A model generated the notes under the pieces. That model was not told where the DNA came from and did no database searches. It saw nothing but the letters and a program-made list of their open reading frames with translations. Below are positions 22,643-35,465 of a DNA stretch of 64,000 nt, in pieces (the stretch's first letter is position 1; each line of letters begins with the position of its first letter). The stretch is from NCBI GenBank assembly GCA_950097015.1, contig CATNEN010000038.1, positions 28,396,001 through 28,460,000 on the forward strand, given 5' to 3'. Source of the DNA: Macrostomum hystrix. Its lineage: Eukaryota > Animalia > Platyhelminthes. Made by a program: the position numbers and the translations under genes.

Positions 22643-23330
22643 TGCCCGGCTTTCTGAGCACAGCAACCAGAAGGTCTAGAAGAAACTAATCACTGAAGCA
22701 CATCGCTGGTTGCCTGACTTTCTTTGATGCCGGCAGATGTTTAACAATTGAAATAAATATTTACCACCTTTATGCGGTGTTTGCAAAGTCATATTGGTTT
22801 ACGATTGAACTTCGCCTTCAGGTGACAGGTGGAGATAAGATAACATGAGGATGGAATATATTATTATCTTATCTTGCAACTCGCAACATTCATAATTAGT
22901 TTTTGTAGAACGGCTGTGTGCGCTAGCAAAAAAGTTAGTGACACTAGACCCACAGCCAATGAGAATGTAATTCTGTCCATTTCGCTGATTCCTGAGACAC
23001 ACACAGATATTTACGCATACTGCGAGGACTAAATAGATGATAAGCCATAGCTTATTCCCTAACAAACTGTTAGTGATCTAGAGTGCGCGAAATGCTTGCT
23101 GTACGCGCTACTGAAAGTAGCTAAAGTGTGGATGCAAAATGATTCAAATTGAAATAGACGAAACAATTTGCATTAAAAAATAATGCAATTCGGTTCAACG
23201 TTTAACTCGGTTAAAGTTCAACTTTTAAGGGAATGGATTGGCGGGTTAAAGGTGTGGGGGAATTGGGTGGTGGGTGAAGGGTGGGAGGGAATGGGGTCGC
23301 GTTAAAGGGTGTGAAGGAATGGGTTGGCGG

Positions 23331-23390
23331 CAGGGACTTCTATATATAGCAATCTTGCTATATATAGATTGCTATATATAGAAGTCCCTG
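23331..23390. mobile_element. 60-bp hAT-type miniature inverted-repeat element
   Basis: Perfect 25-bp TIRs CAGGGACTTCTATATATAGCAATCT and an exact 8-bp TSD GTTGGCGG. Confidence 0.8.
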
Positions 23391-24109
23391 GTTGGCGGGT
23401 AAAGGGTGTGACGGAATGGGGTGGGGGGTTTTGCGGGTGAGAGAATCGGGTGGCGGGTTAAGGGGGTATAAAGCACTGGGGAGGCGGGTTAAGATGCCGG
23501 GTTTTGCGAGTGAGGGAATGGAGTAGCGGGTCTAATGGTGTGAGGGAATGCGTTTTGGGTTATGGGGCGGCCGGGTTATTTGGTGGGTTATTCGTGAGAG
23601 GGAATGGAGTGACATTTTTTGTGTGAGGGAATAGGTTCGTGTGTTTTTCGTGTGAGAGAATGGGGTGGCAGGTTTAGGGTGTGAGGGAATCGGGTCGTAG
23701 ATTTGCGTCATACGTTATGGGATGGCGGGTTGTGATCCGGAAAATCACAAATTTGCGTGTGAGGGAATGGGGTGGCGGGTTGTAATCCGGAACCCACCGC
23801 GCCCTTTTTGGCTTGTGGTTCAAAAAATGACCCAGTGGTTGTTCTGGTGTTTTTTCCGTTAAAAAAATCCGAACGAAAGCGGACGACGAACGTACCTGAC
23901 AGAGAACCCGGATCAGTTTCCGGAAATGTGCCAGAAATGTCATTTTAAGTAGTTTATGTTATCGTGTTATTTTAAGTAAGTTACTGCAACGCATATTTAT
24001 ATAAATAGCAGCATAAATGCATATCTGTTGTATAGAGAATAGCTGCCTCGTATTCCATATTCCAAACTTGCTGCCACTTCACAATGCATAAAAATATTGA
24101 AGATATCGA

Positions 24110-24497
24110 CGAGAGCATCAAAGTTTCATCATTAGCAAAGTACAAATGAGCACTCTCTGCACATTTGCTAGCCAGAAATTTGCTAGACAGACATTTGCTA
24201 GCCAGACATTTGCTAGCCGGACATTTGCTAGCCAGACATTTGCTAGACAGACATTTGCTACGAGAGCATCAAAGTTTCATCATTAGCAAAGTGCAAATGA
24301 GCACTCTCTGCACATTTGCTAGCCAGACATTTGCTAGACAGACATTTGCTAGCCGGACATTTGCTAGCCGGACATTTGCTAGCCAGACATTTGCTAGACA
24401 GACATTTGCTAGCCAGACATTTGCTAGCCAGACATTTGCTAGACAGACATTTGCTAGCCAGACATTTGCTAGACAGACATTTGCTAGCCAGACATTT
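24110..24497. repeat. 15-bp tandem repeat (ACATTTGCTAGCCAG) with a duplicated about 50-bp leader
   Basis: Visible array. The leader CGAGAGCATCAAAGTTTCATCATTAGC... occurs at about 24110 and about 24261. Confidence 0.9.
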
Positions 24498-25389
24498 AAA
24501 ATTTAAAATTAAAAAAAATTTTAAATTTAATTTAATTTTAAATTTAATTAAATTAAATTTATTAATTTTATAATTTGAAATTGCAGGGCCTAACTTCTGT
24601 TCTAACCTACAAATGCAATTGATTGGCTAATTCGAACAAAATAGTTGTTTCTTGCCTATGGCATTAATATTGTATTGAAGTCAAAAAATTAATTATATAT
24701 CTCCTTTTAGGTGTAGTTCTAGCCTAGGGCCTATTGCAATCTATTCTTTTTAACCCGGCTTGTGAACCCGGCTGCGAGAATTTGCGAGGCGCTGACTAAA
24801 TGCGAGTTGGAGTTAACTGGAGTGCAATGCTTTTGGACTCCGCCGCCTTGACTTGTCGCAGCAGTTTAGTCTCCATCTTCGACAAGTCATTCTGCTGTAC
24901 AGCATGGCTTAAAGGGAGCAGTGTCGGTCTTTGTCCGGTTCCCGCTCCGGTTGAGTCCGGTTGAGTGCGTACAAATCACCGGACGAGAAAGCGGACCAGT
25001 TTACGGGCAAACTTCGATCTCCGGATCCTGATCCGGATCTCCGTTTTTGGACAGACAAGCAACCGGAACAAAATTCGGATGAAAACCGGACTAAAATCAC
25101 TAACATTTGGCCACTTTATCCGGCTTCGGTCCAAAGAGTGGTCCGCTTTTATAGTTAAATAGTTAAAACCGGAAAAACCGGATAAAACCGGAATTCGTTC
25201 GAAGTTACTGATTCGCAATCATCTATGACATTATGTAGTCTTGCAAAGCTTGGAATTCGAGAATAATAAACTAGAAAAATTATAAGAGACGTCGGAATGG
25301 CACTGAAATTTATTCATTCCACCGTGGACAATAGGCAGCGTATGTATTTCAATGACAGAGCATTGCTCCGTAACTGACTGGGCCATCAA

Positions 25390-25548
25390 TCAGTTCGAAG
25401 TACTTGTGCAAGGAGAAAATAGCGGCATACCGAGGCAGGACTCAGTAGGGCCTTTGTCAAAGCAAGCGTTACGAAGCGGCTGCGCACAACCATCGGCCAG
25501 CAGTGTGAGGCTGATCAGTATGACGGCAATTGCTAGAATTCTCATCAT
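25390..25548 (-). CDS. Small secreted cysteine-rich peptide copy E (52 aa; 4-Cys variant)
   Basis: MMRILAIAVILISLTLLADG-CAQPLRNACFDKGPTESCLGMPLFSPCTSTSN*. The start is placed at GCCATG by homology to B-D. Shares the upstream module. AATAAA on the minus strand at about 25310. Confidence 0.75.
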   Translation of the reverse strand: MMRILAIAVILISLTLLADGCAQPLRNACFDKGPTESCLGMPLFSPCTSTSN

Positions 25549-26414
25549 GGCTTTGGCTGAATTGGATCTCAGATTTTGCAATTCAGAGTCGCAGAAGTCG
25601 TAGGATTCTCAATGAGCTTTCGGTGTCTAAGCACCTGCCTGCTTAAATGCTGCAAAGCCCGGAAGCCATGCCTGTTTATAGCTCTCTTTATGACTTCCTG
25701 GTTGAAGGCCTTGAAGCCGGGTCATTGCTAGTAGATTCCACTAAGCAATAGGCATTCAAGCCGAACTAGAACCAGCCCTAATTTGATTAACTAGCTCACC
25801 TCAAGGCTGGATGAGTTTGTGCTAGTGCCGGTTGTTAATTAGAAATCGATATCTTCCAATTAAACATGTTTATTGTTTTGAGTACGCTGAACGGTGCTTC
25901 GAGTAAATCACAAGTCTAGAAGAAAATGCTGAGATTTAATTAGATTTAAGTTTCAAATTATTACTTAAAACACACTGATTTTCTCACTTATTAAGAAGAG
26001 TATAATATATTAAGCTACGAAGATGCGGCGATGTTCGGTTTAGGAAACAATCAAACAAGTGAGGGACACGGAGTTAGAGACAGGGGAGTAAGATGCAAAA
26101 TTTGTCTAGCTTGTATAGACTGACTCGGCTAGAATGCCGCTTCAAATCTCATTTATGTGCAGAGTTACACTCACTAACACACTCTTGCGGTGGGGGCGAC
26201 ACAAAAAGAGCAGAATACAGTGGACTACACAGTTAATGCGCATTTGCTGTGTATATATGCATAGAGACAGACACAAACTAACAGGTCCTACTTGATCGGC
26301 TAGCGTACAAGCATTGGAATCCGCGCTCGCATTGGCCTCTATTAGTTTTGCGCAGCTCCCGACAAACAGCTTTAGGGAATTTCGAGAAGAAAAACAAGCG
26401 AGAAAGAACAGCTT

Positions 26415-29400
26415 TCATAGATCTTTGTCCTCCAGGTACTTATACTCGAAAGTGAACTCGCGGCGCTTCTGCGTCGCCTTCTCGTAGTCGTAGTAGACAT
26501 AGATGCCCTTCTCGAAGTCGTCTGTGATAGTCTTGGGCTCCTCGTGGCGCTGAAACCACATCAGGTATTTGGTGTGGAATCGCCAGGACATCTTTTTCAG
26601 GGTCTTGGCCGCCAGGTACTGAGCCTTTGTGCCCTCGAAGTAGTAGAAGATAAAGAATAAAGTGTGCACATCCAGGCGAGCGTAGAACTCTTCAGTGTCC
26701 ATGCCAGGCGGCGGCGACTGCGGATAATAGAACGGCACCTGGGTCGGGTTGTGTGTCGTGTGCTGTCTAAACCTTTCGGAGTCGGCCGCATGTGGCAGCT
26801 TCTTGAAGCCGTTCTCCAGCTTGCTTAAAGCCTCCTGGAGCCTGGGTGGCGTTTGGGAGCGCAGAGGCGCAGCGATGGACATTGGATCTAAGCGAATGGT
26901 CTGCAACTGCTGCTGCTGCACAGCTGCCGTTATATAAGACTGATGATAGCCAGCTACAGAGCCCATTGGTTGAATGCCCGCCTGTTGCGGCTGCTGCTGT
27001 TGTCGGGCAAGGATAGCCTGCGATGACAGCTGCTTCAGATCGGCCGGATGAGTCTGGTCAGTTGACTGGCCAAAGAAGCTGCTTGCGGTGGTCATTGACG
27101 CTGCTGCGGCCGCGGCGGCGGCGGCGGCGGCTGCAGCAGCTGCCTGCTGCTGCTGAAGTAGAAGATGCTGCTGCTGCACAGTGGTGGCGGCGGCCGCTGT
27201 GGCTGCCAGACTGCGAATGCCTCCAGTGCGCTGCTGCTGCTGCTGCTGCAGTAGTGGCTCAATTCCGCTAGCAGTTGCGTCACCGCTAGATAACAAAGAT
27301 GAGACCGATTGCTGCTGCTGCTGCAAAAGTCCCACCTGGCTCAGCCTAAGGAGAGACTGCAGACCGCTGGCACCGCTGGCGCCGCCCTGACTACTAGACT
27401 GGGAATTGCCACTACCACCTAAAATACGGAGCAATTTACATGTATTGCATGACATTTTTAGCACCCGACGACACGTTATTCCAAGGTAGCAGCGAAGTGC
27501 ACTCACCAAGATTAGAGAACACGTCCTGAGACTTTAGTTGGCCTCCTGATAGCATGGACGGAGATGCCACCTCGGACACGGAAGCTGTTGAACCCTCCCG
27601 ATCCGAGCCATCGTTGGTCGCCTGACTGCTGCCGCCTCCAACTGCCGCAACAACTGCCGCAGCCGCTGTGGCCAGCTGCTGCTGCTGCTGCGATTTCAAT
27701 GCTTGCGACATGGGCGCCGAGCTAGGCAGCATTTGCTGATGACCGGGTGCTGCCACAGTCGAGTTAGATACTACAGCACTAGACATGAGCGACTGCTGCT
27801 GCTGCTGACTAGGCGGGGCCAGAGGAGGCGCCGGTGGATGAGGAGTTGTGGTGGCGGGCTGGGTAAGCGCAGACGCCGGAGGCTGCGCCGATTCAGACAA
27901 GGCAGCAGCCCCTACCACGGCCGTAACGACAGTTCGGCTTGTATTCGAAGACGCGGCTACGGTTGCGGCTGTCAGTTGACTATCGGCGGCGGAAATTGTT
28001 GATGAAGCGACAGCAGCAGGTGGTGCCCCGGCAGGTGCGGCGCCTGCAGCCGCGGTTGATGCAGCGGCGGCGGCAGTGGCCATCGAATTAGACAAAGTGG
28101 ACTCGTCGAGTGAGTCGTGCGGCGATGTAGCCAGGATTGCTAAAGAGTTTTTCAGCAATGTATTATTGGTATCAGTCATTTGAAAGAATAATGAAGACAG
28201 AGAGACAAAGTGTCAAAACATTTGAAGTAAAGTCAAGTGCCACAAATAGCAGGAAAAGGATATTGAGCTAGAAAGATTATGAAAGACAAGACTTTAGAGA
28301 ATGTAGTAAAGTGCTAGTAGAGACTGAAATGTCAGAGAATATTGTAGGGTGTCAGGGCACATTGAGTTGTCAAAGGGTTGACAGCAGAATGCGACGGGAG
28401 AACGTAGGTCGTCAGGAGAAACGCTAGGATGTTAGGATAAATCCGAGCATGTTATTGAAAATTTTAGGGTGACCGTAGGATGTCAGGGAAGACTGTAGGA
28501 TGTCAGGGAAGACTGTAGGATGTCAGGGAAGACTGTAGGATGTCAGGGAAGACTGTAGGATGTCAGGGAAGACTGTAGGATGTCAGGGAAGACTGTAGGA
28601 TGTCAGGGAAGACTGTAGGATGTCAGGGAAGACTGTAGGATGTCAGGGAAGACTGTAGGATGTCAGGGAAGACTGTAGGATGTCAGGGAAGACTGTAGGA
28701 TGTCAGGGAAGACTGTAGGATGTCAGGGAAGACCCTAGGATGTCAGGGAAGACCCTAGGATGTCAGGGAAGACCCTAGGATGACAGGGAAGACCGTAGGA
28801 TGTCTGGGAAGACCCTGGGATGCCAGGGAAGACCCTAGGATGTTAGGTCAAATCCTATGGTGTCAGTGGAAATCATAGGGTGTCAGAGTTCAGGAGTTGG
28901 CAAAACAGCTCTCATTCATCGCATAATAATTTAGCCAAGGTGACTATTCCTAGAAGTTACGGCCGCCTTACCACCAATGTCTTCCAATTCGAGATCGTCA
29001 TAGATGTTCTCGTTGTAATTCTCCCAGAAGTCGGTGTCCTCATTGTGCGTAACATAGTATTCGACATCGTCTTTGATGTCCTTCACCTGAATAAGGCAGC
29101 AAACAAAATTTGCCGCTATTCATATTTGTACTTTTAGCTTTATTAAATTAAATGAAGTAAAACGCACTTTGTCAAGCTCCAAATTATCGTTGTCTAGCAT
29201 TCTCATAATTGCTTCTAGCCGGTGAATGTGGAATCTGTGCTTGCCGATGATTTCCTTCTTGCTGTCCATTTCTTCTTGCTTCTACACGAATGTCAAACAG
29301 ATTAATTATTGAAACGATAATTCTCCTAAGTTTTTAGTAACTTAAAACAACTTACATCACGATCTAGCTTCTTCTTTTTGCTATTGGCCACCATCAATTC

Positions 29401-32400
29401 AATGTCGTATTCCAGTTTCTCGATCTGCTTCTCTAATGTACTGATGTTCTCCTGTAGAAATTGCAGTAGAAATATTATTAAAAGATGACTTGTATACTAA
29501 GCATACTGCTATGAGTAGGTAAGATGGAAAATCTTTCTATATTAATTGCGAGCTCACTCGAACCCAGTCCATAATGTCTTCTTTTTCTTTTTGTAACGGA
29601 TCTTTCTTCTGCTCGGCGCCGAGTCCCTCTTTAGAGTAGGCTTTGGTCTTTGTCTCCTTTTCTATGATCTTGAATCTCTCCATGTCCTGTTAAAGTGAAA
29701 TTTAAGAAAATGTTGATATTTTCTATAACTTTGGTTCTGAATTTGGTACAGAATCTTTGCTAAATGTATCCCGAAGCAATCCCGGTACTCACACTCTCAA
29801 TACTTCGCCGAGCGTCGCCTAAATTCCGCTTGTCCTTGATCTCATTGGACGCCTGCCAGGTCTTGATCTGCTCTCGATATCGCTGCAACTTTTTAATCTC
29901 TCGCTTGAGCTCATTTTCGAATTTTTCTTTCTGAGCCTGGTTGACTGACTCGTTGAATTTGTCGAAAATGTCTTGAAATGCCTTTTGGCCCTCTGATATC
30001 TTCTTTAGTGTCTTCTCCACATCAGCTAGACAGTGTGGGAACAAATATGTATATTAATTCAGTTTCACACTAATTAATTTAGACGATTATCATAGCAAAT
30101 AGTATAGCACAATAAGAAAGAGTCAAGGATTCAAAGATATTAAATAAAATAACTAATTTGATAAGATTTTAAAGCATATACAAAACAAAAATTGATATAT
30201 TATTCCATACATGTATGATTATCTTCCGAAGGCTTTGCAGCTTTAAGCTGGTATGATTTGAAGGTGGTATGTGAAAAACTCTAAAACTATATCTAAAACC
30301 AACAACAAACTACAAATACTTTAAACTGTAATTACCTGAACATATAATTCAATAAAAAAATTCAACAAACTGTAATTTGATCTTGTTGCACTAAATATGC
30401 TATAAAAATATAATATTTAAAGTAGTTTAATATATTGAAAAACCATGTTCAGCATTTATTACCATATCTTTAGAGCTTAAGTGAAATATGGTTCTGATAA
30501 AATTGTATATTTAAACTAAGTTTTATACAAATATATTACTATTTATTATTGAGACATTTACAAAGCATTTCTTCACTAGAGTAACTAAAGTAAGATAACA
30601 GAGTTCTGTTGAAGCTATAGATATGTCTATGGGAACTTTAGTTCAAAAAACTGTATCAGCAATATTGTTCCCAAATATTAGGTTTTTCATTACTAAATTG
30701 CTTTGCGCTAATCACATGTGCATTGTGTAATAGTTTTTTCTCTGTCTTTAGACTATTTTGGGCATTAGAGATTAGCATTAGAGATAATAGAAACATTGTT
30801 TTTAACAAAGGCAGTTGATTTGATTGTATACAATAGCAATTCTTAATTCCTAGGTAAGGTTTTGGGGACTCATGCTTTAAGATTTTTATGCCATGTGCAC
30901 ATTAACTGTGGTATTGGGTTTCACCTAAAGCCTTATAGATAGTTATAAATATAGTTATAAATATATATGCTGTTAAATCAGGCAATGCAACTCAATCAAT
31001 GCTAGGATGTAAATTTGTGACAAAATGCTTTTTGAAGCTTTAAATCAATATTGCTAGTGACTTTAATAAGAATAATTGACTTTTGCAATAGGGAAATCTT
31101 TGCTTTAGAAACTAAGCTCTTTACCACAAAAATTGTTCTGTCTATTTTGATTACAATTGTAATTGCTATTACACAGCTATTTTTTACACAATAGCCAATT
31201 TAAATATTAAACAAATAATGGATTACTGCAAAATAGATAATATAAGAAATACATAAATCATAATAAAAATATCTATATTATATACATGATTTTCTATTCA
31301 GTACTATCTACTTATTAATAGCAATGTGATCAGAGTTTTATTGACAACTGGATAAGAACATAGTTAGATAATTACACTAACTTCTGAATCACTTTTAACA
31401 TTAAGTCTAGTAAAGAGTCTTATATAGGGTCCCAGGTCATTTCGGTGACAAGACATTTCGGTGACAGTCATTTCGGTGACAGAATTGGTCAGTTCGGTGA
31501 CAACTATTTTTGCACCTAAATATGCTGAGAAAACAGCCTTCCACGATCCAGTAGCTGCTTAAAGCCTACACTCGCCTTGTCAATCCAAAACTTGAAAAAA
31601 AGATTATTATACACATTAGGAACGAATAACTATTGAAACTATTGACTACTCATAAAATAATTTAATAATTTAACTCATTTAAAGTAAAACCCAGCCTTAT
31701 TCAGAGCGATGCAGCTTCTTATTAATACTTTTAGCATTATTTAATTAATACTTTATATGTGTGCATAGTTAAAATGGAAGGCCGTTTTTTAGCATATTTA
31801 GGTGCAAAAATAGTTGTCACCAATCTGACTAATTATGTCACTGAAATGACTTGAGTTGTCACCGAAATGACTGTCACCGAAATGTCTTGTCACCAAAATG
31901 ACCTGGGACCTTATATAGCCTACTTTAAATAGTGCAATAAAAATGTCACTAAAACAAGAAAATTGTATCAGATAAAAATGTTAAAGATGCGAATTAAATA
32001 AACCAATCATTTATTCCTTAATCTGAAATAGTTTCTAGACACTATTTTTAAAGCAATAAAATCAGCAACAAACAATAAAAAACAATTAACAAGTGATAAT
32101 GTTTAAACGTTTTAAATGTTTAAAAGTTTTATAATAACAATAGTCATTCTGTGCCATGCGCCAGACTAAGCATTTTGTTAACTGGATCGCATGTTTAAGA
32201 TAGGCTTATCCATTTTCTAAATTCGGCAGTCACATTGGCTACTGCCAAGTGACAAGTTTAAATAGCTAGCAATGCTACAGCTTAGAAGTCCAACATTAAA
32301 ACCATGCTCATAGAAATATCTAAAATAAGGGAACAGCTGCCCTGAGACTACGAGATCTTACTAGCATTCAACAATAGATATTTCATATTTTGTTTTATCC

Positions 32401-32636
32401 CTGCCGTCCCTTGTGTTTTTACTGCTCTTATTTTTAATACCTTTGCTTTCCCTTCCCAGCTCGATATTTGATTCCTACTAAACTTCGCTTTTTATGTTGC
32501 TTTTCGTTGTTCATTTAAATGTGTTGTTAAAAAAAATAAATAAAAAAAATCAGCACCCATAGATGGCGTGCGCGTTTTAATAATAATAATAATAATAATC
32601 ATACCACTTACCTAATAGCTTTCGATTAGCTGCCAT
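26415..32636 (-). CDS. CNOT3: CCR4-NOT transcription complex subunit 3 (Not3/5); 8 coding exons
   Basis: Exons 32636-32612, 30025-29793, 29686-29558, 29451-29356, 29281-29168, 29086-28972, 28139-27507 and 27418-26415 are phase-consistent. Not3 N-terminal domain ([33 protein letters not shown]) and C-terminal NOT box ([41 protein letters not shown]...[10 protein letters not shown]). Confidence 0.95.
28470..28845. repeat. 20-bp intronic minisatellite (GATGTCAGGGAAGACTGTAG)
   Basis: Tandem array in CNOT3 intron 6. Confidence 0.95.
31428..31910. mobile_element. Non-autonomous foldback/MITE DNA transposon in CNOT3 intron 1 (Mutator/Merlin-like ends)
   Basis: Long TIRs GGTCCCAGGTCATTTCGGTGACAAGACATTTCGGTGACA... 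built of subterminal repeats, with an 8-bp TSD TTATATAG. Confidence 0.85.
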
Positions 32637-35119
32637 ACTTCACTTCAATGAAAATGCAATGCGTCAAGAAGAAATACGGAACATTATTTCGAATCAGCAA
32701 ATAGAAGCCAGGTCCTTTTAACTTGATTGTTAGTTTCTTTTTTACGAAGTCTATTAAGTAATTTTAAACTTGTCCAATACTTTAGAATAACAAAGCATTA
32801 CTGACACTTCTGCATTTTTTAAACCCAGTATAAAAATAGTCTATAGAAAACTACAAAACAAAGGTTTGAAATTAGATTGTTTGTTGTCTTAGAGAATTTT
32901 GTGTTATTTCGTTAAAAGTTACTTATTGATTTGCAACTTTTTGACTTTCACTGGCAACAATAATATATAGAATTCAATTGAAGAACGATATGATTCATTT
33001 TTTGTTTTATATTATTGTTAAAAAAATTCGTTTCGAAAAGACCACTAGTCATATTTGCTATTTCGATGGTCATGGTACATAATTTTTTATGAGTTGAAAA
33101 ATATACGTAACTTAAATATTGCTTAGTATCAGCCTTTAACATATGCTTTTAATCCTACTGCTCACAGTTTGTAAGTTGAAAGTGTCGTTTTGCTTTCGAA
33201 AAAAATCAAACATTTACACTTTAAATTTTATGCTTTTTAAGCGTTCGTACTTAGGCTTTTAATTTAAAGGTTTTACTTCAGCTTTCATAGACTAATTTTG
33301 ATTTAAGCTACTATCTTAGCTATAACCTCGGCCCATAATTTTGACTTCGAAATACTTCGGCAGATAACATGTACGTATAATTGACAACTAGGAACTTTGA
33401 GGGGAGCGATGTTGAAGTTTCCCCCTAAGATTTTTCATACGAGTAGTACCACAAGTATAAACGTCAACAAGAAATGTAGAAAATGACTAAAGAATTTAGA
33501 CAATATGAATATTTAGCGTAGCATCAGCACTGATCAGTATCATTGGTTAAAAAAGTTTTTAATTACCGCGAGCCTCTTTTAGTACAAATATAAAAAGAGG
33601 CCGAAACGAGCAGAAATCAGTTAAAACTCGTTTCGAAAAGGTGCGCTGAAGGGCTGCTTCTCGTTTATATATTTGTTTGTTTCTTCGCTACATGTAATTT
33701 AAAGAAAAAAAACCTGCTTAGTTACAAAATGTAGCTTAGAACAAAATCGCTTTCTAAGCATGTGCGTAAAAAAACTAAATGGAGTTGTTTAACAGGGTTC
33801 AGAATTATACAGGCAAATTGTATCACCCAGTGTTTCAATGAAGCCCAGAAGCCTGGGCATCGATTAATACAGTGTTGTAGTTGTCTGACAAAGGAACAGT
33901 ACGTAGCACTGTTTAATAGCATAGCTAATGGAAAAAATACAATGGAACTTTTCGGGAGGAAAAAGGCGCGAGAAAACGGATCCCGCTTTTAAATAGCAAG
34001 CTAAGCGAAAAAACGTTTGGTACAAGATGTCCGCTATTGGAGTATTATATTTGAGAGATAACAAAGCATTAAATTATTTTTTAGACTATTTAGGACGCAA
34101 ATACTGCGGTAACGCACATTGGACACGAAACGTATAGTTGCTAGGGTTAATTCAAAACTATTACTAATAAGATTTAGAGAATACATGATTTGGTGCTCAT
34201 CAGCCTACTATGAGTAGAAATGTAGCTTATTAAAATCGAAAATCAACGAAAATTAAAATGAAAAAACATAAAATATAGCAAAGGTACACAAGAATTTGTA
34301 AATTTATTCATAGGAATGTTGAAAAACAGTTTTCAAAGCTATTTTTCACTGATAGGTGTTTAGATATAATAGGTCCCAAAAATAGTTTGCTACACAACTG
34401 TGGCAGTAGGAGGTATCATCGGATTGGCGATAAATGTGCATAAAAAACTAATTCTCATGTGGAATAAAATCAGATTAAAGGCCTAGTGAATTTGTACGCG
34501 AGTGGATTTATTATTTAGGGAAAAACCGGTCTTCCCTTACCAACAGCAGTTGAAATTTAAAGGTAAAATAAAGCGAAAAAATATAGTTATTGATCGCTTC
34601 ACAGCCTGTCACAATATGGTTCAATATAATTGAGGCTTAAGGTGTGGGCTAAGGCTTGCTAAAGCGTAGGCTAACTGTTACACAATGAAACTGGTAGACG
34701 GCTTTAAAAAATAGTAAAAACCTAATAAAAAGCGTTAACAAACTCATACTTACATGGCACGTGTGACACGGATAGGTGATGAAAAATATACCTACGCTCG
34801 TATTAGTTTAGCGCTAAGGCTAGATTTACTAATGAGTAGCATGTTTCAGTTTCTAAAATCATGTACAGGGAGTTTAAGTTGATTGACAGCAAAAGTTATA
34901 AAGGGCAAAACGCAACGCGACACAACATTGACACTCGATCTCAAATGATGAGATCAATCAAAGATTTGAACATCTGATTAAACTTAGATTTTTATTTACT
35001 TCTCTTCCGCTCGCATTTTTTGGGTATCGCACGAGGAATCGTACCAATGTTTTCAGCAGATTCTCTGTAGACTTAGTAAAAAAATGAAATTCACGATTCT
35101 ACAGTAAGTGTGGAAGGAT

Positions 35120-35465
35120 CGGGGTTGGTGGCCTCTCGCGCCAAGGCCCCTGAGCTCGATTCCATGGCGAGGCCACATTCATTTAGGGCGCAGCCGCGGA
35201 GAGAAGGCTTGGGGGCTTGTCGTGCAATTTACGCCCTAGAGGGCCAACCTCCAAGGCACAGTGAACTGTACACTGCCTGACGACGAGAAAGTCAGGGCAG
35301 ATGTACACACCTGTGTGAGCGTGTGTGCCTGCGTACAGTATCCGTGTGCGTGTGTGCTCAGGAGTCAGCGAAATGGGCAGAATTGCCTCCTCGCTGGCTG
35401 CGGGTCTAGTGTCCCCAAATGATGTGCCACTGCCCGCAGCCCTCCTGCAATTATTATCATTTATT
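35120..35465 (+). mobile_element. SINE family 1, near-complete copy
   Basis: B-box-like GAGCTCGATTCC, a conserved body, a 3' stem GGCTGCGGG...CCCGCAGCC and an (ATT)n tail. Confidence 0.85.

Noticed and set aside
24908-25220. Possible Kolobok/piggyBac-type element starting TTAA-AGGG with many CCGG motifs
   Set aside because: No matching right terminus or TSD was found, and the overlapping ORFs are featureless.
35325-35450. HDV-like ribozyme in SINE family 1 (GCC-TCCTCGCT-GGC matches the HDV P3-L3-P3 sequence)
   Set aside because: The GG needed for P1.1 is absent after the putative P1 3' strand, no convincing J4/2 plus P2 pairing was found, and the segment has an alternative local stem. An RNArobo/Infernal search or a cleavage assay would settle it.
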